DNA of 47,138 nt from Rhizaria sp. SCN 62-66 (lineage: Eukaryota), in NCBI GenBank assembly GCA_001724265.1, contig MEDY01000232.1, positions 1-47,138 of the forward strand, given 5' to 3'. The notes beneath the pieces were generated by a model. The model was not told the DNA's origin and did no database searches. It was given only the letters and a program-made list of their open reading frames with translations. Of the stretch, positions 12,301 to 22,944 are shown one piece after another; the stretch's first letter is position 1; every line of letters begins with the position of its first letter. The translations under genes and the position numbers were made by a program.

Positions 12301-14486
12301 GCGTCGCTCTTGACAGAAGCAGCGGTGACGCCATGCTGTACACTGGTTTCGATCGCAAGAGTGCGAACTGCATTTACGAAGCCCAATTTCTCGGAACCGT
12401 GTCCCCGGGTAGCGGTAATGTCAGAGACAGTGTTTGCCACGACCACTGCCGCTGCCGCCGCCGCCGTCACACTGGCGCTGGCGCTCGAGCTGAGGCCCTC
12501 GCTGTGACCGTGGGCGTAGAGACTGTGGGTAAAGTGACTGTGAGCGAGCGGGGGCAGCGCGGGCGTGACGCCGGCGGGCAGCGAACCCGCCGCAGCAGTC
12601 AACGCAGCCAAACTGGTGCTCGCAGCCACGCTGTTGCTATGCAAAGCAGCGGCATTCACTGCGGCAGCGGAAGTTAGGAGCGCGTCAGCTATCGACTCAG
12701 TCTCAGCAACGGCATCACCAGCGCTGCTCTTGCTCTTACCGCTGCCGCCGCTCTTGGCCTGACTCGCCCCAGAGCCAGTCCAATGCGCCCATAAACTGTG
12801 GCCACCCTCATTGCCGTCGTCCACCGACGAGGCCTGCTGCCGCCAGTAAAACGACTTGCCGGCGGCTTTTTTGGGAACCGCGCGCCACTGAGGCAGCGGC
12901 AGCGCGTATTGCAGCCACTCCGCCGTAGTTTCCGCCGCCGCGGTGGCCGCAGTCCAGGCCTCGTAGCCGTGGGGCTTAGGCGCACCAGCTGCAGCTTCAC
13001 CACTGCTAGACTTCGACTTATCAGCGGAATCATTCTCGCCAGCAGATGTAAGTGCCCCGCTGCCCTCCTGCCTAAGCGTCCCTAGCGAACGCAGCACCGC
13101 CGCGATCACGCCCACGGGCGACACGGTCGCGCTCGCGCTCTCGCCGGTACTCGTGACACGCGTGACCGTAATGGTGCGCGCGCCGTTGGCCCCGCCAGTC
13201 AGCGCCCCGCCGCCGCCGCCGCCCACGGTCGTCTCCGCCGTCGTGACGGCCGCGAACGCGGCGCCCGCCCACTGCGCGGGCGTGGGCGCGGCGACGACTG
13301 TGAGGAGCGCTAGCGCAGCGGCGAGGATGGCGGCCAGCGCGAGGTAGGGCGTCGTGGACAGGTTGCTGTCGCCATGGCGGCCGCCGTGGCGAGGCTCCTG
13401 CGGGCGCGGGCGCTGCCGCCGAGCGTCGCCGTGGCCGTGGCCGTGACCGTCATCATCTTCGTCGTGGCCGCGGCTGTGGCTGTGCCCGTGGCCGCCGCCG
13501 CCGCCGTGGCCGTTGTGGCCGTGGACGTGGCCGCGGGTTTGGGCCGCACTGTAGTTCGGCGCCGAGGAGGAGGCCGCCCCACGGCTGCTGCTGCTGCTAC
13601 TACTGCCGCTGCTAGCCCTGCTGTTGTTAGCAGCTGCGGGAGGGCGGCTGAGACCGGCGGGGGTATTCAGACGACTATTCGCATTGGTGGCGCCAGGACG
13701 GGCGGCGCTAGAGCTACTTAGAGACCAATTGTCGGCGCGATGGTCCATGCCCCTAAGATCCTCCTCGTGTAAGGGCGCGACGGTGTGCGGCCGCGCCTGT
13801 CCCAGTCCGGGCTGCCGCGCGCGCGCAACCAGTTGCTCAGTGTCATTGTCATTATGGCGACCGGTCGCGTGTCCATTGCTATTGACAGTGCTCCGTGCAT
13901 TGATGCTGGCAGTGACGACGCCACTGCGGCTGTTCGTAGTATGGAGCCGCGAGTTCGAGTTGCTGTTGTTGTGCGGCGCGCGGGCAATGAGGGCCGCCGC
14001 GGCAGCGGCAGCGGGCGTCAGAGTCAGCGCCAACGGCTGCGGCAAAGGCTGTGTCCGCGGCTGCGCCAGCGGCTGCGCACGGGCGTTGGCGCCAGAGTCA
14101 GCGGCAGTACCGACAGAGCGGACGCTGGCGGCCTTGGCGGCGGCTGCGGCGGCCTTGGTAGCACGCATCAGCGCTATGGACTTCACCGGGCCCGCCGCGC
14201 TGTCGGTGGTCGAGTCGTTCGCAATTGCAGCGGCGGCAGAAGACTCGTCAGCGCAAGCAGCGGTGTTCAGTGTATCTTGGGCGCTGCCGTCGTCGTCGTG
14301 GTCGCTCTCTTGCAGCAACCCTTCCCAGTCCTCTTCCTCCTCGCTGGCGTACGCATCTGCGCTGTCATCATCGTTGGCAGCGTCAGCGCCAAAGCGAGCA
14401 GAGGGCTCGGACTCAGGAGCAGGCTCGGGGGGGCTCCCCGCCGCGCCCCGGGTGATTGGGGCGACGACGACGGCGCGCGGAGGCAT
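3306..14486 (-). CDS. Very large Ala-rich protein (~3,726 aa when the in-frame TAG at 9596-9594 is read through) with an N-proximal TM helix, a degenerate NB-ARC/STAND P-loop domain and a TPR-like C-terminus
   Basis: ORFs 9594..14486 and 3306..9491 share a frame and are separated only by one TAG plus 34 sense codons (SKQG*QARGAAATTLGRFKY...). Motifs VYVAGDAGSGRTS, FWLSADS, WTLVFDGAD, GLVIVTTT, GGAPANL and C-terminal LGGPQHPTA. Ends TAA. Confidence 0.7.
5188..5232. repeat. Coding tandem repeat, 15 bp x3 (GCAGCCTTTGCGGCA), encoding AAAKA repeats
   Basis: Directly visible three-copy repeat within the minus-strand CDS. Confidence 0.8.
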
Positions 14487-14797
14487 TCAAAAACAGCACA
14501 GTGAGGGAGCAAACAAAGCAACGGAGGAAATTATGTTCGCCTCAAAGATTTCTAGTTCTGTGTGTGTACAGAGCAGAGTAGACGCGAGAACGCGGCTGAG
14601 GCGGCGAATTGGTGGTGGCAGAGATTCGAGAGAAGCAGCGGAGTTTGGTGAGTTTGAAAACTGGGTTAGGATCCGTTGATAGCCACATTTGAAAAGATCC
14701 AAATAGAAAGGCGAAATATGCGTTTAATTTCCAAATTATGATTCCAGATACCTCACTTCACCACGTCAAATGTATCTTTTTCAGCCGGTCTCGAGCA
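14487..14797. promoter_or_regulatory. Short divergent (head-to-head) intergenic region, probable bidirectional promoter
   Basis: 311 bp, lower-GC spacer between start codons at 14486 (-) and 14798 (+). Confidence 0.5.
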
Positions 14798-17700
14798 ATG
14801 CTTGGCGCGCTCCAGCTCGCCCCCGCCGGCCCCGCTCCCCCGCCGCCCCCGCCGCCGCTCTTCGTCCTCCGCGGCCATCGTTCCGACGTCACCAGCGTCG
14901 AGTTCTGTGACTTGCCTTCCTCCTGGCTGCCCACACACTCCGCCTCGGCGCGCCTGCGCGACGCCACAGTGCCCTGTGTAGTGTCCGGCGACGGCAACGG
15001 CCAGGTGACGCTGTGGGACCTCCGCACGCGCCGCCCGCTGTTGTCCTTTCTCGCGCACAAGTAGTCGGTGCTGCACGTACGTAAGACCTTACCATGCACC
15101 CGCTTAACGTGTATTACATGCCATTCATCCTCATGCGACTGATATATCTACTTGTTTTCTACTCGACACTTCGCTGTCTCACCCCACACTTTGTCTTTTA
15201 TTATTGCGACGTATCCACCCCACAGCTCTCGGTCCCGGCCTCCGCACAGTGCCACATTCTGCTCTCGCAGGGCAAGGAGGGCGGCATCTCTCTCTGGTCC
15301 CTCCCCAAGCTGCTCGCCCTCATCGGGTCGCACACTGCACCTCCCTCCTCCGGCGAAGCCCCAGCAGCAACAGCAACAACTGCAGCGGCCTCTGCTTCTG
15401 CTTCTGCTTCTGCGAGTGCGAGTGCTCCTGTGACCGCGCCCGCGCCAGTGGCACGCCCGTCTGCGATGATTCGCCGCAAAGCCAACGTCGCCGCTGCTGC
15501 TCCAGCACTGACCTCCAGCTCTGGCGCCACCGCGTCAACCGCCGTGACCGCCGCCGCCGCCGCCTCGGCGACGACTGCAGTAGCCCTGCCTGCTGCCGGC
15601 GCGGCCGCGGCGGGCGCGCGCGAGGCCGCCGCGCGGTGGCTGGTGTTGTCGACCGGCGTCGCCGAGCCTGCGCGGCTGGCGCGCCTGACCACCAACGCCT
15701 ACGGCTTCCTGCGCTCACACCTCGTCCTCGTAGACACTATCCGCGTCGACAGTGTCTACGTCGACAGCGAGCCCGGCCCGCAGAGCGCGGGCGCCGGTGA
15801 CAGTGCGAGTCGGCGGAGAGCGACAACGCGGCTGCAATACCTGCTGGCGACGCCTTCGGAGCACGCCTCGTCGGTCAAGGTGTGGCGGCTTGACTTCGAT
15901 ATCACTCTCTCGAGCTCTGCCGCCGCGACACCCGCGACAATTGGCACGGCGTCCGCTGCGAGCGCGAGCGTGATCGACAGCTCGGTGGCCCTGGTGTCGT
16001 CGCAGCTTGTCAGCACCGTCACGCTGGACCCGCCCAACCGCCCGTTCGCGCCCACGGAACGCACGGTGCTAGATCACGACGCCACGACCCTCAGCACCAC
16101 CGCCAGCGCAGCCGCAAAGAAACCGATCACTACTGCGCCACAACAACAACAACAGCAGCTCTCGCCAACTGCGCCGAGCAGCACTGTCGCGGTGAGTTCG
16201 GGCGCCTTTCTACCGCCCGCGGCACCCTTGGCGACGGCGATGGCGCTGGGTCTGTTGCCCGCCGCGCCGCGGCCGCTGTCTACCGCCACGAACTACGCCT
16301 ACCCGTTGCCACCCGCTGCCTCCGCCGCGGCCTCCGCAGCCGCGCTCGCGACTAAGGCTGCTGCCAAGACCGCAGCCGCAGTCGCGGCCGCCGTGTCCGC
16401 CGCCTCTGCTGCCGCTGCCGCAGCCGCAGCCACGGGGGGCTCGCTGCGCGCGGCTGCGGCCGCGGCTGCGGCAGCTGAGGCTGCCGAAGCTACGGCCGCG
16501 GCTGCGGCCGAGGCCGCTGCGACAGCTGCCGGCGCCAGCGCCGTGGCCGCGGCCCGCGAGTTCGGCGTCGCGGCGACGGGCCGCGCGATCACGGGCGCGG
16601 GCAGCGCCTCGGCCGCCGCGGCGCGGGTCTTGGTGCGGCGCCATCTGCTGCTGCAGTCGCTGCCCCACTGTGTGCGCGCGAGCAATGACTGCGACGCCTG
16701 CCATAGCAACGATGGCAGCGACTCTGTTCGCATGAAGGCTGTGGCGAAGGTAAGTCAAGCCGCGTCCGCTGGCGTCGTGGCCGCGCTGACGAGCGGGTGC
16801 GAGACGGCCGAGGACGGCGACCTGCGCCGCCGCCGCGCCAAGGCGATGGCGCCCTTTGCCGCGGCGACGACGCTGACGACCCTGGCGACCCCAGCGGCGC
16901 AGCGGCGGCCGCTGGTGCCTGCCGCGCCGCCCCGCGCGCCGCTGCCCGCGCTGACGGCCCAGTCCGCGTTGCTGTGGCAACGGGCGCGTGCAGAGCGGGA
17001 CAGGGACGCCGACGGGCCCTGGGTCGCGCTGGCGGCGCTGCAGTCCGCCGCCGCGCTCACGGCCGCTATCAACGCCAATACAGCTACATCCGCCTCTGAT
17101 GCAACTACTGTTACAGCAGGTGTTGGTGCTGCTGCTGCTGGCCGTGGTTTGGTGACGATGAGTGCGGGGCCTATGCTTGGTGCAGCGACCGACGCGGCAG
17201 TGAGCACCCTCGGATACACTCGGAACCGCGGTATCGCGCTGCCCAGAGTCGCTTGTACAGCGATGACTGCAAAGACACAGGGATCAGCAACATCAACCGC
17301 AATAGCGACAGGAGATGCAAGTGCGGCACAGTGCTCTGAGACCTGTGTGAGCGACCCTGAGGCGATGTTTTGGGACTGCGACATGATGAGTTCAGAAACA
17401 GTCTCAAGTGCACTGACACTCAATCCCCACATCCGTCATTGCGGTTCTTCTGCTGTCTCCGAGAAGACAAGCCGCGTAGCGACTACTTGCGCTGTTGGTG
17501 GTGCCAGCAGCGGCGGCCCACGACCCCTCGTCCGCTGGCCCGGCCAGTCTCCTGACTGCGACTGTCCCGCCGCCGCCGAAGCCGCCGCGGCCGCCTCTGC
17601 GAACGGGCTGCCCCCGACCGGCGACGGCGACGACGAGGACGGCGTCGGCAGCGGCAGCGGCAGCGGGCGCGGGCCCAGCGCGGCCGGCGATGAAGGGGAG

Positions 17701-20457
17701 GAGCAGGGCGCGGCGAAGGGGTACGGAATGGTGATGGCGTGCGAGGTCGCGGCTCTGCGCTTTCCATTGCCTCATCATCTTTGCGACATCAACGGCGCCA
17801 ATCAGCCACAGCAGCAGGGTGACCGGGGCGTCGTCGTGGTGCTCTCGGTCGCCACCGAGAGCGGCCACGTGCTGCTGTTCAACCTCACGCCACCGCGCAG
17901 GCAGCTGCTCACAGTTGCCACCGACGCACCCATAGCCGCGAGTACGACGGACGCCGGCAGCAATTGCCTCGATGCGATCAAGAGCGGCGATGCGAGTCGT
18001 GCGACTTCTGGTGATGACGCTGTTTTGGTCGCCAAAGAATCAGGCCTAGGAGCGGCGTTGCGGCGCCAGCGTGCGTTGGAGCAAAGTCAAGCCGCCAGTC
18101 GGGATGGCCAAAGTCAAGCCGCATCCGCGACTGGCAGCACGCTTGTGTCACAGCGCGCCGTGCAGCTGCAGCCCGCGGTGCTTGCTGTCCCGCAAAAGCC
18201 GATCGAGACAAGCACATGTTCAGAGTCACCTGAGTCTGCGCAGGCGGCGCGGTCAGAGGAAAACTTCACAGTGTTTCCAGTTGTGACTGTTGGGCTGCCC
18301 CGCGTTGTCACCGTTGCGGCAACATCCCCCCAGAGCATTGCCGTCACTGCTGATGGACCTATCTTTGCTGTAGTGAGCTCTGATACGAGTATTGATGCGA
18401 CCATTAGTGCCAACCCAGACAGCAACGCTGCTTTTAGGGTCAATGCGGGCATCTCGGCACTTCAGAAGCGAGGTACGCTCTCATCAGCTCTTGCTGCAGC
18501 TGTTAACAACAACACCACCACCAACAACAACAGTGCCGCAAGCGCGAATGAGATAGAGACGGAGAATAACGATGCGATGGCTCGCGAGGCCTCGCTGCTG
18601 CTGCCCCAGCTTGTCTGGCGCGGCCGTCTGGCTAAGGGACCCCTTACATCCCTCTCGTCCTCAGTCTCCCCCCTAGACTCTACGCAGAACCACAACAGCT
18701 ACGGTGGCCACAAGAGCGCCGCCCGTCGTGAGAGCTTGCCCACAGTCACCCAGACTCCGCTGTCGTGGCTTGGCCTGACGCTGTACGCCGCGGGCGCAGG
18801 CAAGCGCGTGACGCGGCTTGACTTCGAGGTCGCCTCTGAACCCGTCTTTGTCACGACCCCCGCCTCGCACACGGCGAGTGCTTCCCCCATTGCACCGGTA
18901 GTGGTGCCTGTGACGGACTCGCTCACTGCGAACATAGCGGCCATCACGAGCTTATCCGCGTTAAGCAATCCTTCGCCTGTGCAGCCAACACCTGTCCCGA
19001 ATGCGTCAGTGGGCGTGACTGGCCGCTTCGAGTCGTCTCTCGTCCAGCTGGGCCTGACTCGCGCCGTCGCGACTCTGCTGCCTCGCCCCGGCGTCGCCGA
19101 GCTCACAGTCACCCCCGTGCGCACAGTCACCACGAACAACAACAGCAGCAGTAGCAGCAGCAGCAACAACAACAGCAGCAGCAGCAGTGTCAAGGCCAGC
19201 ACCAGTGCGGCTGCGAGCGCGATTCGGTGGCGTGACCAGGACGTCGTCGCTGGCGCTGGCTGGGATAAACGCGTCTATCTCATCAAAGGACGCCACTACC
19301 GCCGCTCTCGTCGCAGCCTTGCAGTGCCGCCACGCTTTTCTACAGCAACAGCAGCAGACAGCGCAAGTGCAGGTTCCGGTCGGACCGGCGTTAACGCCGA
19401 GTTTTCGGAGTTCTACCGCTCACTGTGTATCCCGCCGTTCGGCGCGATTGGCCCCGCTGCTGCGGCTCCTGCAATTGCCCGCGCGAGCGCTGATGCGGGC
19501 GACACAGAGCGCGGCCCCCTAGTCCCGCCTATTGCAATCGCGTGCTGCCTGCGTGCGGAGGAGGCCCTGGGGCTCGACAAGCCCTTCGCAGCCCCGCGCT
19601 GCCTCGTCGCACCCCCGCGCCCGCCTCAGAGCGGCTTGAGCGCTGCCCCGGAGGATGACAACGCTGCAGCAGCGCAGACGCAGTGGCTGCGCGAGGTTGA
19701 TGCTGTGAGGAGTGCTGTGGTTACCGGCATTGCGCTACCCCAAGCACGGCTGCTAAACCGGTTCCTGCAACATTACGACGGCGGCGACCGCACGAGCATT
19801 GACACAGAGCAGCCCCAGTCATCGTCAGATTGGGCTGCCCTGAAGGAGGCTGCGGCGACAGTGTTTGGCGTTGCTCTTGCGTTTAGCAGCGATGAGACCG
19901 ATGGAAGCGCTCTCCCTAGCATTAGCAACGACAACCCTGATGGTGAGGGAGATAGCGACGTCAATGCGACCTCCCAACCCTCTTCTGCCCTTGCCCTGTA
20001 TCAAAGTCAGGCCGCGTCGGCTGCTGCATACCAGTGGGCGCTGGGCGAGCGCGGCACGGTCGCCGACGACGGCGTGAGCGGGCTGGCGGGTGTGCTGCGC
20101 GAGCACACGGCTGGCGTCGCCGCAGTGCGCTTCCGCAAGCACCGCCGCGTCGGCGCCGTCGTGCGCGAGGGCGCTGCTGAGCGGGCGGTCGTGGCTGTGG
20201 CCGCAGACGGCAGCGCTGGCGCTTGCGATGCCGACTCAGGGAGCCGAGCCGTGACTGCAGGCAGCGGCCGGCTGGTGACTGTGGGGGGCAGGACGGTGAC
20301 CGTGGGCGACGGCACTGCATCCGCGACCACTGGCGCCGGCGCCGGCGCTGTGCAGCTGGAGAGGGAGGCTGGGGACGAGGTTGACTGGAGTCGGGGCGGG
20401 TACCTGGCTACGGGCGGCCGGGACGGCGTCATCAGCATCTGGCAGCCCTACGGCTGA
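14798..20457 (+). CDS. GNB1L: GNB1L/ASA1-like WD40 protein with very large low-complexity insertions; exons 14798-15076 and 15226-20457; ~1,836 aa; in-frame TAG at 15062-15064
   Basis: Ordered family-like motifs: PPPLFVLRGHRSDVTSVEF, SGDGNGQVTLWDLRTRR, LLSQGKEGGISLW, GMVMAC, ESGHVLLF, PGVAELTV, AGWDKRVYL, GVLREHTAGVAAVRF, LATGGRDGVISIW. Intron 15077-15225 (GTACGT...CACAG) is phase 0 and joins the two frames. Ends TGA. Confidence 0.82.
15077..15225 (+). other. Spliceosomal intron of the WD40 gene (149 nt, phase 0)
   Basis: GTACGT donor matching the other introns, pyrimidine-rich body and CACAG acceptor. Splicing restores WD40 continuity (SVLH/LSVP). Confidence 0.85.
19135..19187 (+). repeat. 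AAC/AGC trinucleotide tract encoding NNNSSSSSSSNNNSSSSS
   Basis: Directly visible within the WD40 CDS. Confidence 0.75.
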
Positions 20458-20824
20458 GAACGTCGCGAGCGATATGAGTCGAGTACAAACTGCAACGCAA
20501 AGTGGCTTTGGATAATTCTACGATGCCCACTTGAAGAAGGAAATTTCAAAGTTATTTATATTTATTCACAAGGACCAAGCGCAATTCGCGCGTTACATAG
20601 ACGATACAATACGTAATTTTGGGTTAACTTCGTGGCTGCGGTTCTTACTGTGTTGCCACTTGAACAAGAGCGGAAAATTGAAGTTTGGAGTTAGCCTTGT
20701 TTAAGGATCGTAGTAGGACTTACCATATGTCTAACTAAGCTGAATCAAACGCATTGCTTCATCGTTTTTATTTTGTTTTGTAGTGCGCGAGTAGGTTCGA
20801 GTTTTTTCGCATCTCTTCTCGCCA

Positions 20825-22531
20825 ATGCTTCCGCCATCGCGGCGGCTTCAGCGCCTTTCAATTACGCCAATAGGATTAGCTATCATTTTACTTGCACATC
20901 TGTGCTTCCTTCAAGTTGGCGCAATGCCACTGCGGGTTCACAAAGAGCTTGAGGCATCGACCGATTTGTTTTCAAAGCGGCACCCGAACAAGCCTGCATC
21001 GGCAACAGTGACAACAACCAGCTCTCGCCCACCAAGCACTAATCAGCACAACTTAGAGCAAGAACAAACATTGAAAGCATCCACAACTAATGATGGTACC
21101 TACTTTAATAGGCTACGCCAAGAACATGCCTTGCGCGCATCTATGCTGCCGTTTTTACGTCACTATTCTCTTCACGATCACGGTCATATGCCAGCAGACT
21201 TGTTTCACCCGAGCGCATCGTTGTTCCACTCAAGGCTGCTGTCGTTTCAACCCTTAGTTCGACTCAGGGGACCGCGGGCTATTCCGATCAGGCATAGCAG
21301 CCCCACTGTGTCACACACTGCATACATGCACTCTGTTGCACTGAAGGCAAAGGCGCGCACAATGCTGCGCCGTACAGAACTGTCCAGCAGTATAGTTAGT
21401 GCAAATACAAGCCAGAACGGAGTTGATAATCTCTTGGTAGCTGTTGGCATCGGACACAGCAAAGCTGCATCGCTAGCGGATTACAACAGAAAGAAAACTG
21501 TTTCTGTCCTGTCCCGCGCTCTATTGCGCGTGACGAAAAAGCCAACGTTCCCATGGCTACCAGAGGCGAAGCCGTTCACACGCACTGCGAAAAATGATGA
21601 CTCTAACGACGAGTATGACAGAGAGATTGTCAGGTTTGTGAATGAACTTGTGGCCCACTTAAAAGACCTTGAAACCAATTACAGCTACAAGAACAAAAAC
21701 ACTGATAACGAGGCACGCGTTGTTGCGTTATCGTCACCATTATTCGCACAAACGGATCGTTACAAAACAAGTTTCAAAAAACAAACTTCTTTAAACATCT
21801 ACACCTAGAAAAACATTTGCACCAAGAAAAACGCGCTTGATTTCACGTCCAGCTCAGCTAACACGTGTAAAAGCCCACACATGCGCGAAAAGAGCACGAT
21901 TTCAAGTCCAATATGGCTAACTCTACCATTGACACAACAAGCTGCAGCCGCGCTTACCAACACCCATTTACTTTTTCCAGCCTTATCGCTGCTGTTCCAA
22001 AGACAGAGGCAGAAAAAGGGCAGTCTTGAAGGCGTAAAAGAAAAGAAGGCATTGAAACACCCGCTGGACCTTCAGCGTTTATTGCGTCGACGTCACAGCT
22101 TACGTGCCGCATACACGCGTTTCCTGACCGTTACTGCGCCGCGGCTGCAAGATCGCCGCAATCGTCGCCGCGCGATTGCAACACTTCTAGACACCATTGT
22201 CTCCAATGCGCGCGCCACAGAGCACATCCACAGGCGTGTCGCTGCGTACAACGCACTTATTCAGCGCATCAAAGCCCCTGTCGTAACCGTGAGCAAAGCG
22301 GCGTTTGCGACTGAGGCCGACGCGGCAAAGGCGGCGCAGGCAGTCATGCTCGCGGCGGTGAGGGCTGGCGCGGCGGCGGCGGCGCGGGGCGTGGGTGCGC
22401 TGCCGAGCTTCATCGCACACGCTGTGGCCGCCGAGGAGCGGTTAAAAGACGCGAATAGCGATGTGAGGAGACAGAGACAGCGGGTGATGGACCATAGAAG
22501 GGCACAATTTCTGGTCTTCAGCGCACAGTGA
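20825..22531 (+). CDS. Hypothetical basic protein with a signal-peptide-like N-terminus; ~568 aa if the TAG at 21806-21808 is read as sense
   Basis: ORF 20825..21808 ends in TAG, followed by 24 sense codons in frame with ORF 21881..22531, which ends TGA. Hydrophobic segment IGLAIILLAHLCFLQVGA near the N-terminus. No recognisable domain. Confidence 0.55.
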
Positions 22532-22944
22532 TTGTGATGTCAGAGAATGCAATGGAAATTCAATGAACATGCATGCAATGGTGATGATTTGAGTAATTGC
22601 TAACATGAGCCAACATTTAACGCGGATTGGAGATGTGGTAGCAAAACAAAATTTTGTGATTGTATTGCTATTTTCAAATGTCGTATTGATGAGCGCACTA
22701 GAGGCGACACTGGTATTGAAACATGCGACATTTGTGCTGGCCTGAAGCTCCATCATGTACGGTAAAGTTGCTTTCGCGATCGTGGTTAAACACGATATTC
22801 AGAAGGAAATCGAAAAACAAAAAATAAAAATCAGGGAATCAATTATTATGAAATACAAAAATAGTGTTAAACACATACAAATACACAAATAAAGAAGATA
22901 AATCACGAAAAAAGTTGTTTCGTTTCAACGTGTCACTCAGCAGC

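Noticed and set aside
15094-15225. Predicted N-terminus MHPLNVYYMPF... of the 1,787-aa ORF
   Set aside because: Lies inside the intron 15077-15225; the real N-terminus is exon 14798-15076.
20780-20812. GGTTCGA, a T-loop-like motif, checked as a possible suppressor tRNA(CUA)
   Set aside because: No pairing T-stem, acceptor stem or anticodon arm. I found no tRNA in the window by eye.
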